Source of the DNA: Candidatus Latescibacterota bacterium
Lineage (GTDB): Bacteria > Latescibacterota > UBA2968
Reading direction: 5' to 3'
Length of the DNA stretch: 64,000 nucleotides
NCBI GenBank assembly: GCA_965198115.1
Contig: OZ240241.1
Span: 4,448,001-4,512,000, forward strand
Part shown: positions 33,980 through 43,400 of the stretch, piece by piece
Position numbering within the stretch: the stretch's first letter is position 1
Layout: each line of letters opens with the position of its first letter
Notes under the pieces: generated by a model
Seen by the model: the letters and a program-made list of their open reading frames with translations, nothing else
What the model was told of the DNA's origin: nothing
The model's database searches: none
Made by a program: the position numbers and the translations under genes

Positions 33980-35101
33980 GTGAAACGCATACTACAAGGA
34001 CTCGGGCTGGTCGCGATCTGCCTGAGCTTGGTGACGGGCGATGTGCTCGCCCAAAAAGAAATTTTCAACTTCCCGGGACGCCTGCGTGAACTGTCCGAAT
34101 TCCTCCCGGGTGCCGAAGAAGCGGCCCCGACGCAAATCAAGTCGGGTCAGTCCGGATTCACGTTCCTGAAGCTTCCGACCGACGCGCGTACGGCCGCCAT
34201 GGGCGATGCCGGAAACGGTCTGATCGGGAGTGCGGCAGGACTGTTCTACAACCCGGCGACGCTGGCCTTCCTGGACAGCCGGGAGGCTTTCTTCACGCAG
34301 GTTCAGTGGATCGCCGACATAAAGATGTCGGTCGGCGGGGTCGCCATAAACCTGCCTGCGCACGGTACTGTCGCCGTGGGTTTCCAGACGCTCGATGCAG
34401 GAACCTTCCGGGGGACTGCGATCGACGGCGATCCATCGAACCTGGCAGGATTCAACGAGACGGGAGATTTTACGACGTCGAACTACGCCGTGACCGTGGG
34501 CTACGGGTTCAAGATCACCGATCGGTTCTCCTTCGGCGCCAGCCTGAAGTACGCCAGTCAGGACCTGACCGCCGGCACCATAGGGGACAATATCCTCATC
34601 GGTGGACAGGTGTCGGCAGCGGACAATTCGAAATCGGTCGTCGCATTCGACGTATCGACCTACTTCAACACCGGGTTCCGCAATACGGTGCTGGCCGCCA
34701 GCATCCGTAACTTCAGCTCGGAGTTGACCTACCAGCGGGACCGGTTCGAGCTGCCACGCAACATCCAGCTCGGGCTGCTGTTCGACCTGATCTCGTTATC
34801 CGGTAACACGCCCGCGCCTCACCACCTCGACCTGGCAACCGATCTGAACAACCCCGTCGATTTCGACGAGCGGGTCAGCTTGGGCCTGGAATATCAGTTC
34901 CGCCAGCCAGGCGGCCAAATCGGGTTTTCCGCACGCGGTGGCTGGAAGTTCAACCACGACACCGAGGACTACTCGGCGGGTGCTGGCATCAACTGGATGA
35001 ACGAAGAGGGAAGAGGCTTCCGGGTAGATTACGCTTTCCGCCACTTCAACGGGAACTTCTTCGATAACGTCAACATTTTCAGCGCTGGGATCATGTTTTA
35101 A
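33980..35101 (+). CDS. PorV/PorQ-family outer-membrane beta-barrel
   Basis: FTFLKLPTDARTAAMGDA, LFYNPATL, FSFGASLKY, RVDYAF, terminal Phe. Confidence 0.85.
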   Translation: MKRILQGLGLVAICLSLVTGDVLAQKEIFNFPGRLRELSEFLPGAEEAAPTQIKSGQSGFTFLKLPTDARTAAMGDAGNGLIGSAAGLFYNPATLAFLDSREAFFTQVQWIADIKMSVGGVAINLPAHGTVAVGFQTLDAGTFRGTAIDGDPSNLAGFNETGDFTTSNYAVTVGYGFKITDRFSFGASLKYASQDLTAGTIGDNILIGGQVSAADNSKSVVAFDVSTYFNTGFRNTVLAASIRNFSSELTYQRDRFELPRNIQLGLLFDLISLSGNTPAPHHLDLATDLNNPVDFDERVSLGLEYQFRQPGGQIGFSARGGWKFNHDTEDYSAGAGINWMNEEGRGFRVDYAFRHFNGNFFDNVNIFSAGIMF

Positions 35102-35123
35102 TCCAGCCTGATCGCAAGCTCGG

Positions 35124-35163
35124 CAAAGGCCGCGGATCTTTGGATCTGCGGCCTTTGTCTTTT
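35124..35163 (+). terminator. Rho-independent terminator after the porV-like gene
   Basis: CAAAGGCCGCGGATC-TTTG-GATCTGCGGCCTTTG followed by TCTTTT. Confidence 0.75.
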
Positions 35164-35286
35164 GATCCCGTGGCGAGGAGATCCACCTGGCAATCGCTCT
35201 TCCGTGAACAGGAATGTATCGAAACCGCACACAGCCCATCACCGTCGACCGTCCTTTGTCCTCAGTCTTCTGAATCAGTTATCTTG

Positions 35287-38013
35287 ATGCCTATGCTGCG
35301 GTTCCTGAAGACCACCCTTTGCTTCACGTTCTTAGTCACTGCCTCCACAGACGCCACGCAGGTCGTCCTCGACGATGGCTCCGTCCTAAAGGGCCGCATA
35401 CTCGACTCCACACCCGACAGCCTGATGCTCGAAACCAACGTGTTCGGTCGCATTTCTGTTCCGCATCAAAGGATCATCTTCACAAAGTCGGCTGACGGCA
35501 GGCACCTCCCTCCACGAGCCGGGGAAACCGAACCGCCTCCCATTTTGCAGGACAGCTATGGCGCCGGAGAAGACAGCATCGCGGTCGCTATGATTCGCGA
35601 GGCCATCGGCAACGCGGCAACCGAGGTTTTCACGACCCTCGATGCCGATCAAAAAGCACGCTACCTCGACCGTCTTTGGAGCCGGCGCAGCAGGCTCTTC
35701 CACAAATACTACTATGGCTACCACCTGGGTCGTCGCCGCTTCTCGGTGTCCGAAGCTTACTTCGAACGCGGAAACCTTTTCCAACGTCGCTACCTCACCG
35801 GTTTTCCGTCGCCGCACCCCGACAACATCAAAGAAGCCATCGCCTACATTCAGCGCGCTCTGTCGTTCGACCCCGAAGATCCGGTAGCACTCTGTGCACT
35901 GGGATATCTGAATCTTGAGCGTGATCATATAAAAGAGGCGCGCAAGCTCTTCCTGAAGGCCATCACGAAGGACCGTCGTCTCGTCGAAGCCCGCAACGGG
36001 CGCGCGCTGGCCATTCTCAAGATACACCACCAGAAGGCCAAGGCGCTCAGACTGTTCCGCGAGACGTGCGCGATGGACCGTGAATACATCGGGGCCAGCT
36101 ATGCCATGGGCATGTGTTACCTGGCCACCATGGGAAAGGATCGTGTCGGCCTCGACGAATATTTCGGAAAGGTTGTTCGACTCGATCCCAATCACCACGA
36201 TGGCTGGTTCAAGCTGGGTGTCTTCTACGAGTCCCTGCGCTACATCGATCGCGCAGCAGAATCTTACTCGCGCCAGCTGGCCGTCAACCCGAACCACGAA
36301 AGGGCGTCCGAGCGTCTGGCTCGTGTGAGCATACAGCTCGAGAGCGACAGTAAGGAGCATCTCTCACACAATAAGCTCATCGAGCTCGCGCGGCGCAGGC
36401 CGAAGCACTACCTGACCCTGCTCGCGGAATCCTACATCGAACGGGGTGAGTATCTCGGGGCGGAATCGGCCTACCAGAAATATCTCGAGATCCTTCCGTT
36501 CTCCGAGCGCCAGCATTTCGAGGATCTTTCCCTGATCGCCAAACGCGAAGCATTCGAGGAAATCGAGTCGGCCTACGGCAGGGATGAGCGGAACCGCGCG
36601 ATCCGTCGATTCTGGGCCCTACAGGATCCCACGCCGACCACACCCGTCAACGAGCGTCGCGTCGAACATTACCGGCGCGTCGCGCACGCGCGCAGATACT
36701 ATGCCGACGGCGTCAATCCAACGAGAGACATCGGTTGGGATCGGCGCGGCGACCTGTATGTACGGTTCGGCCACCCCGATCATACCTCCTCCACCGACTT
36801 CCTCGTGTTCGAGACCGACCCCCGGGTGGTCAAAGTCAAGAATCGGCTGAACGCCCTGGCCCACAACGCCCTGCACGAAGTCGTTCCGCCCCAAAACCTC
36901 GCGTCGGGCGCGGCGCCCTTTGCGGAGATCAACATCCGGGGAATCCCGACGTTCCCACTCCCCCGCCGAACAACGATGTTCACCGACGGTGTCGAATCAG
37001 GCTACAAGTGGGAAAGCTGGATCTACGGACACCTCGCGGGGGGGTTCGAAGTCACCTTCATCGACGAATTCGGCAGGGGATTCTACGAATTCGCCGTGCC
37101 ACCCCCGGGAACGCGCTACCCCATTTTTTGGCAACAGATGTCGCCCGAAGCCATCGTAGGCCGTATCGTCAGCGACCGGCCTTCTATCTACGAACACGAT
37201 TACGGGGGCGATCCACTCACCCTGTTCGTGACCACCGCCGGATTCAGAGGGGTCGGAGAAGAGACGAACCAGGAGATTTATCTGGGTCTTCCGCTAAAGG
37301 AGATCGCCCACGGCCGGAAAATTCGATTGCAGCTCGAGTTCGCACTCTACGACCGGAACTGGCGCATCGTTCGCACCACTCAGAATGAAATCGAGCAACA
37401 CCTTTCCTCGACGCCCGCCGGAGATGACCTATTCATCGATCAGGTCGTCGAACAAATTCATTCGGGATCCTATTTCCTCGCCCTTCAGGTCCGTGACCCG
37501 GAGACGGGGAACATCCAAATCTACAAGACCCCCGTTGAGATTCCCGATCTCAGCAGGAGTGAACTGCAGATCAGTGACATCGAGCTGGCAGGTCGCATCC
37601 GCCCGGCGGACGGAAGGACCGGCCCCTTCACCAAAGGGGACCTGGAGGTGCTGCCCCTCCCCACAAAGCGTCTGCTCGACGGCCAGGCCCATCTCTATTT
37701 CGAGATTTACAACCTCGCCCGCGACGAGTTCGGTAGAACACGGTATCTTGTGGATTACGAGACCACTTCTGAGACAGGGGTGACCGTGGTTGCCGCGCTC
37801 GGGCGGCTGCTCGGGGGAGGTCCTACGGAGGTGGCGTCATCGGTCTCCTACGAGCACACCGGGTCCTCCCAAAACGAGGCCATGCACGTCAGCCTCGCCC
37901 TTCCCGACACCGACGCGTCTCTCGTCGACCTGACCGTTCGCGTGACCGACCTGGTCGCGCAAGGCGAACCCCGCGCCGAGCGAGCGCTCCACATCGGTGG
38001 CTCTCCCCCGTGA
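35287..38013 (+). CDS. Secreted TPR + GWxTD-domain protein (paralog 1)
   Basis: TPR helices; FWALQDPTPTTPVNERRVEHYRRVAHA...GWDRRGDLYVRFGHPD, WESWIY; C-terminal ISDIELA...LYFEIYNL. Confidence 0.85.
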   Translation: MPMLRFLKTTLCFTFLVTASTDATQVVLDDGSVLKGRILDSTPDSLMLETNVFGRISVPHQRIIFTKSADGRHLPPRAGETEPPPILQDSYGAGEDSIAVAMIREAIGNAATEVFTTLDADQKARYLDRLWSRRSRLFHKYYYGYHLGRRRFSVSEAYFERGNLFQRRYLTGFPSPHPDNIKEAIAYIQRALSFDPEDPVALCALGYLNLERDHIKEARKLFLKAITKDRRLVEARNGRALAILKIHHQKAKALRLFRETCAMDREYIGASYAMGMCYLATMGKDRVGLDEYFGKVVRLDPNHHDGWFKLGVFYESLRYIDRAAESYSRQLAVNPNHERASERLARVSIQLESDSKEHLSHNKLIELARRRPKHYLTLLAESYIERGEYLGAESAYQKYLEILPFSERQHFEDLSLIAKREAFEEIESAYGRDERNRAIRRFWALQDPTPTTPVNERRVEHYRRVAHARRYYADGVNPTRDIGWDRRGDLYVRFGHPDHTSSTDFLVFETDPRVVKVKNRLNALAHNALHEVVPPQNLASGAAPFAEINIRGIPTFPLPRRTTMFTDGVESGYKWESWIYGHLAGGFEVTFIDEFGRGFYEFAVPPPGTRYPIFWQQMSPEAIVGRIVSDRPSIYEHDYGGDPLTLFVTTAGFRGVGEETNQEIYLGLPLKEIAHGRKIRLQLEFALYDRNWRIVRTTQNEIEQHLSSTPAGDDLFIDQVVEQIHSGSYFLALQVRDPETGNIQIYKTPVEIPDLSRSELQISDIELAGRIRPADGRTGPFTKGDLEVLPLPTKRLLDGQAHLYFEIYNLARDEFGRTRYLVDYETTSETGVTVVAALGRLLGGGPTEVASSVSYEHTGSSQNEAMHVSLALPDTDASLVDLTVRVTDLVAQGEPRAERALHIGGSPP

Positions 38014-40562
38014 CCGCGTTGTTCGCCCTTGCGTGCACGGCATGCCTTACTGTGGCGCACGCCGATGAGGTCGAGCAGTTAAGTCTTCTACCCGAATTCG
38101 ACGACGCTCACCACGCCATCAGCAAACGCCTGATCGAGCGTGAGGCCGGCCCCGACAGCAGCAGTCATTACTCGGGCCTCCACGACGACGCGAAGGCGGC
38201 CTTCCTCGACCGGTTCTGGGCACGCCAGAATCCCCTTCTGCATCGATTCTACTACGGCTACCACCTCGGAAAGAGACGGTTTACGGTCTCCCACGCCTAC
38301 TTCGAACGGGGCGATCTGATCCCCAAGATGTATCGCTGCGATTGGCCCCCGCCCGATTCGGCCCTCGTCGCCGAGGCTGTAGAGCTGACTGGGCTGATCG
38401 TCGAGGCGCTCCCCGAAGATGCGGTCGCGCTCAATGCTCGGGGCTACACACTGCTCGAAGCCGGGCGAGCCCTGGAAGCCGAGAAGCTGTTCCTCCGGGC
38501 CTGTGAGATCCAGCCTGACTTCCCGGAGGCCCGAAACGGTTGGGGGCTGTCTTACCTTCCCCAAAAAAAACGGCTGATGGAGGGCCTCTACCACTTCCGT
38601 GATGCCATCGCCAGTGGCGGACAGTATGCCGGTGCGTGGTACAACCTGGCCATGTGTCACCTCGCGATGGGCAGCATCGACCTCGATCATCGCTTTAGCC
38701 AGGTCACCCAGCGATTCCCGAATCACCCCGATGCCTTCCACAAACTCGGCGTCGTGTTCGAAGAGCTTTATAATTACAAACGTGCGGCGGGCGCCTACTC
38801 GAACCAACTAATGGTCAATCCGGACCATCGCCACGCGCGAGCCCGGCTCGCTCGCGTGAATCTCGAGATGTCCTGGACGCGACGCCGCCACTACGACATT
38901 CCAGACGTGGAGGCCCTCGTCGAGCAGGACCCCGTTCGGTATCTGCCCCTGCTCGCCGCCACCTACCTGGCCAAAGAGGACTACGAAGCGACGGAGGAGA
39001 CCTACAACCGCTACTTCAAACTCATCCCGGGACATTTGAAGAGGCATTTTGACGATGTCACGCTGCTCGCCACACGGAAGGAATTCACCGAAATCGAGGG
39101 TGCAGAAGACGTCCACCGGAAGCGTCTCCTGCGACAGTTCTGGCTGCGTCTCGACCCGACACCCGTCACAAGAATCAACGAGCGACGACTCGAGCACTTT
39201 CGCCGCGTGCACTATGCCCTCCGCAATTTCGGACTTGGGAAAAAGCCGTGGGACGTGCGGGGCGACGTCTACATCCGGCTCGGGCACCCCAATCACCGTT
39301 CGTGGTCGGAAAACCTCGTGTTCGAGACGCATCCCAAAGCGGTTCGTGTCAAGAGCCGCCTGAACGAACTCGTCCATCGTGCCAAGGGCGAGATCATGCC
39401 TTCTGATTTCAACACGAGGCCAGGTCTGTTTCTCGCACGGGAGTTGGGTGAGATTCGGGGGATTCCCATCTTTCCCGTTCCCCATCGTGGAAGCCCCTTC
39501 GCCGGCGTCGCCACGCTCAACGCCCGGTGGGAACTCTGGATCTACGGAGACGTTCTCGAAGGAGTCGAGATCACCTTCGTCGACGAGTACGGCGACGGAC
39601 TCTACGACTTTGCGCAGCCGCCACAATCCTCGTCCTACCACAGCCTGTGGCTGTCTCTCGCGCCCGAAACGATCTACCAGAGGGCGGTTTCGGAATCTCC
39701 CTCCCACTACACATTCGACTATAAGGGTGCCCCGCTCGATCTTCACGTCGACCACGCCGTCTTCCGCGATAACGACCGTTCCGCCGTGGAGATCTACATC
39801 GGCGTGCCGTGGAACCAGATCGGGCTGCAGCCACGGGGCAACGTTCTGTTCGGACAGCTCGACCGCAAGGTCGCCGTTTACGACGAGGATGTCCGGCTGG
39901 TCTACGCTGATACCGTCCGCATCGCCCAGGGGATTTCGGACGAATCGCAGGCCGGACCCGGAACACTCATGGTCGATCAGATTCGTGTTCCGATCGTGCC
40001 GGGGACTTACTTCCTGGGAGTCGACGTCCGGGATCCGGGAACGCAGAAAACTCAGGCACTCCTCAAAAAAATTCAGGTCCAGGATTTCCAGGCATCGGAG
40101 TTCGCACTAAGCGAGGTCGAGATCGCCGGTCAGATTGTCGATGCCGACCGCGAGATGGGTCACCAGTTTCTCAAGAACGAGCTGACGGTTCTCCCGCTGC
40201 CGTCGCGGACGTTCGCGCGGGATGCGCAGATCTACCTTTACTACGAAGTCTACAATCTGCTCAGGAACCGCGATGGACAGAGCCGCTATCGTGTCGACTA
40301 CCACATCCGAGGCGGCAAGCCAAAGGGGGCCCGACGTATCCTGGGTGGTCTCGCAAGGCTGATCGGAACATCCGCAGAGAGCGATGAGCTCCGCGTCTCC
40401 TACGAACACGAAGGGTTCAGCGCTTCCGAACCCATGTACATCGCGCTCGACGTGGATCCAGTCGACCGAGAGGAAATCGAAGTGGCCGTGCGTGTCACGG
40501 ACCTCATGCGAAACGACGAGCCGACGGCCAGCCGGGTTGTCGGCGTCAAACGAGGGAGATGA
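38010..40562 (+). CDS. Secreted TPR + GWxTD-domain protein (paralog 2)
   Basis: FWLRLDPTPVTRINERRLEHFRRVHYA...PWDVRGDVYIRLGHP, WELWIY, LYYEVYNL; GTGA overlap with paralog 1. Confidence 0.85.
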   Translation: MTALFALACTACLTVAHADEVEQLSLLPEFDDAHHAISKRLIEREAGPDSSSHYSGLHDDAKAAFLDRFWARQNPLLHRFYYGYHLGKRRFTVSHAYFERGDLIPKMYRCDWPPPDSALVAEAVELTGLIVEALPEDAVALNARGYTLLEAGRALEAEKLFLRACEIQPDFPEARNGWGLSYLPQKKRLMEGLYHFRDAIASGGQYAGAWYNLAMCHLAMGSIDLDHRFSQVTQRFPNHPDAFHKLGVVFEELYNYKRAAGAYSNQLMVNPDHRHARARLARVNLEMSWTRRRHYDIPDVEALVEQDPVRYLPLLAATYLAKEDYEATEETYNRYFKLIPGHLKRHFDDVTLLATRKEFTEIEGAEDVHRKRLLRQFWLRLDPTPVTRINERRLEHFRRVHYALRNFGLGKKPWDVRGDVYIRLGHPNHRSWSENLVFETHPKAVRVKSRLNELVHRAKGEIMPSDFNTRPGLFLARELGEIRGIPIFPVPHRGSPFAGVATLNARWELWIYGDVLEGVEITFVDEYGDGLYDFAQPPQSSSYHSLWLSLAPETIYQRAVSESPSHYTFDYKGAPLDLHVDHAVFRDNDRSAVEIYIGVPWNQIGLQPRGNVLFGQLDRKVAVYDEDVRLVYADTVRIAQGISDESQAGPGTLMVDQIRVPIVPGTYFLGVDVRDPGTQKTQALLKKIQVQDFQASEFALSEVEIAGQIVDADREMGHQFLKNELTVLPLPSRTFARDAQIYLYYEVYNLLRNRDGQSRYRVDYHIRGGKPKGARRILGGLARLIGTSAESDELRVSYEHEGFSASEPMYIALDVDPVDREEIEVAVRVTDLMRNDEPTASRVVGVKRGR

Positions 40563-40563
40563 A

Positions 40564-41859
40564 GTGAATAGACTGATTTACGCAGTGCTTCTGACCATCA
40601 CGATGTGGGGAATGCGACCGCCAGAGGGAATCGCCGCAACCGGAGATATCTACGTCGTCGCCGGAACCGGAAAATCGGGCTTCAGTGGTGATGGCGGGTC
40701 GGCCATGAACGCTGAATTGAGGGTTCCGTCAACGACAGTTGCCGACGGAAAAGGCCAGCTCTATGTCGTCGATACATCCAACAACCGCATTCGGCTGATC
40801 TCGCCCGAGGGTATCATCCGAAGCATCGTCGGAAACGGACAGCGCATCTATTCTGAGGACGGTCTCGACGCCCTCAAGACGGCGCTCCTGACGCCCTCTT
40901 CCGTGTTCGTCGATCGAACAGGCATCATCTACTTCTCCGAATGGAGCGGCCACCGCGTTCGGCGTGTCGACCCCGACGGCCGGATCTGGACCGTCGCTGG
41001 AAACGAGCAATCCGGTTACGTGGGTGAGGAGTTGAACGCGATCGAGACGTCCCTCGGGACGCCGTCCCGCATCTTCATCGACGGCCAGGGGCGTCTCTAC
41101 ATCTCCGAATGGAGCGCAAATCGGGTTCGACGTGTCGGTCGCGATGGAACGATCAACACGGTGGCCGGCAACGGCAAAGCCGACTTCGGCGGCGATGGTG
41201 GACCCGCGACGGACGCCTCGCTGAGATCTCCCAACGGCATCTTTGTCACCGACGACGGCATCCTCTACATCGCGGATCTCGGAAACAATCGCATCAGACG
41301 CGTCACTCCCGACGGCATCATCACATCCGTAGCAGGCGACGGCATTCCCGAATGGGCGGGCGACGGAGGCCCCGCCTCGATCGCGAGGCTGAACAGACCC
41401 TCAGGAGTCTTCGTCGATGCCAGGGGCGACCTCTACATCGCCGACTCGAGGAACAAGCGTATCCGTCGGATCGACGCCGACGGCATCATCTCTACCGTCG
41501 CTGGCGGAGGACAGACGGCCCCGCACAGTTTCGGCCCGGCCACGCAGTCGCTCCTCCGAAGTCCGTCCGACGTCTTCGTCGACGCCAAAGGCGACCTCTA
41601 CATCACCGACGGCTCGATCAGCATGATTCGCCGAGTCGAAGGGATCGCCACCCCGACCACGTTGGCAGCGCTCCGCCCGGACGCCCGGGTCTTCTACGAG
41701 CACCAACCCATCGGTCTCCTCGACGTGCTTCGAGTCTTCGCTCACTTCGGCCGCCAATCGGGATCGAACGAATTCGACCCACGGCTCGACGTCGACCCCG
41801 ATGGCCGAATATCCCTTGCCGACGTACCCGGCGTCCTCGCAGCCGCGATCGGGTTCTAA
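40564..41859 (+). CDS. Secreted NHL-repeat (teneurin-like propeller) protein with degenerate dockerin/EF-hand tail
   Basis: Repeated VAGxG..GDGGPA..A.L..P..vfVD..G.LYIAD..N.RIRR; tail FDPRLDVDPDGRISLADV. Confidence 0.85.
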   Translation: MNRLIYAVLLTITMWGMRPPEGIAATGDIYVVAGTGKSGFSGDGGSAMNAELRVPSTTVADGKGQLYVVDTSNNRIRLISPEGIIRSIVGNGQRIYSEDGLDALKTALLTPSSVFVDRTGIIYFSEWSGHRVRRVDPDGRIWTVAGNEQSGYVGEELNAIETSLGTPSRIFIDGQGRLYISEWSANRVRRVGRDGTINTVAGNGKADFGGDGGPATDASLRSPNGIFVTDDGILYIADLGNNRIRRVTPDGIITSVAGDGIPEWAGDGGPASIARLNRPSGVFVDARGDLYIADSRNKRIRRIDADGIISTVAGGGQTAPHSFGPATQSLLRSPSDVFVDAKGDLYITDGSISMIRRVEGIATPTTLAALRPDARVFYEHQPIGLLDVLRVFAHFGRQSGSNEFDPRLDVDPDGRISLADVPGVLAAAIGF

Positions 41860-41929
41860 CATCTTGGACAGAACCGGACGCTTTCGATGCCGATGACTCC
41901 TCGACGCAGGGATTCCGGTTAGGCCCAAA

Positions 41930-43162
41930 ATGCTCCACGCGCTCCTCATCCTTCTTGTATCCATCGGCTCTGCAAGCGCTCAGCCGCTCGAACTGATCGC
42001 CGGTGTCGGCCAATCGGGATTCAGCGGCGACGGGGGCCCGGCGACGGCCGCCCAGTTGAACGTGCCCGTCTCGGTCTTCGTCGACGATCGGTCCAACGTC
42101 TACGTGGCAGACATCGCAAACCGCCGTGTGCGGCGAATCGACGCATCCGGAACGATCGAAACCGTCGCCGGAACGGGGGAAGATGCGACGTCCGGTGACA
42201 ACGGCGCGGCCATCGACGCCGGCGTATTCGGACCGACCTCCGTCTTTCTGGATGGTGCGGGTGTGCTCTACGTCGCCGAATGGAACGGACACACCCTCCG
42301 AAGAGTCGACGCGTCGGGCCGTATCACCGCGTTCGCCGGTACGGGCGTCTACGGATACGGAGGAGAGGGGCAGCAGGCGGATGCAGCGAGACTTTGGAAC
42401 CCTTCTGCCGTTTTCCGATCGGGCGGGGGTGAAATCTACCTGACCGAGTGGAGCAATCACCGCATTCGACGGATCGAACAGGACGGCTCGATCGTGACGC
42501 TTGCCGGCACGGGGATCGCCGGTTTCACCGGCGATGGAGGACCGGCTGTTCTGGCTCGTGTCAACAGCCCGAACGGACTGTTCGTCGCTGAGGATGGCTC
42601 GATCTACTTCAGCGACCTCGGCAACCACCGCGTGCGACGCATCGACGCCCAGGGCACGATCACCACCGTCGCCGGCACGGGCATCCCCGACTTCACGGGA
42701 GACGGGGGACCGGCCGATCGAGGCACGCTGAGCAGCCCCGCGGGACTTTTCGTCGACGCGGCAGGAACGCTCTACATCGCCGACAGCCGGAACGCCAGAA
42801 TCCGCATCGTACGACCCGACGGAACGATCCACACGATCGTCGGCCCCGAACTGGGAGACCAGCTCCTGGCGCCACAGGACGTCTTCGTCGATTCCCGGGG
42901 CGATCTCTACATCGCCGACGGATCGGCCCACCGTGTCTACCGGGTTGCGGGTCTGGCCGCACCCACACGGTTGCCCGGGGCCGCCCCCAAGCCCATCGAC
43001 TTCAACGCCAACGAAATCGTCGACTTCGGCGACTTCCTGCTCTTCGTGGCACAGTTCGACACGGCCGACCCCGACACCCGGTTCGACCTCATCGAAGACG
43101 GCCTCATCGACTTTGCCGACTTCGTCCGCTTCGCCGAATCTTACACCACGCAATCACCGTAG
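41930..43162 (+). CDS. Secreted NHL-repeat protein with dockerin-like double EF-hand tail
   Basis: NHL repeats; tail DFNANEIVDFGDFLLF...FDLIEDGLIDFADFVRFA. Confidence 0.87.
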   Translation: MLHALLILLVSIGSASAQPLELIAGVGQSGFSGDGGPATAAQLNVPVSVFVDDRSNVYVADIANRRVRRIDASGTIETVAGTGEDATSGDNGAAIDAGVFGPTSVFLDGAGVLYVAEWNGHTLRRVDASGRITAFAGTGVYGYGGEGQQADAARLWNPSAVFRSGGGEIYLTEWSNHRIRRIEQDGSIVTLAGTGIAGFTGDGGPAVLARVNSPNGLFVAEDGSIYFSDLGNHRVRRIDAQGTITTVAGTGIPDFTGDGGPADRGTLSSPAGLFVDAAGTLYIADSRNARIRIVRPDGTIHTIVGPELGDQLLAPQDVFVDSRGDLYIADGSAHRVYRVAGLAAPTRLPGAAPKPIDFNANEIVDFGDFLLFVAQFDTADPDTRFDLIEDGLIDFADFVRFAESYTTQSP

Positions 43163-43359
43163 AATCCGCTCCGGTTCTTGACGCGAAAGTGGACGATCGA
43201 GGTTCGTTTCCGCCGAAACGTAATCGTTCAGCAACGAACGCCCACGTCGAACGCTGATTGGAGCCTGAAAAGTGATCCCGGGGCCACAATCTCTCCGACC
43301 ACCGTTCCACCCGTCTGAGCATTGTCCGAAGCAGTCGGTTCGCAACCCGGAGGTACACC

Positions 43360-43400
43360 CTGAGCCCCTAGGCTTCGCTCGGGTAAAACTCCGTCGTAGG
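43360..43400. repeat. REP-like dispersed repeat, copy B
   Basis: 32/41 identical to 17148-17188. Confidence 0.6.

Noticed and set aside
40620-42960. Repeated DNA units that could mimic an array
   Set aside because: They encode NHL protein repeats, not CRISPR repeat-spacer structure
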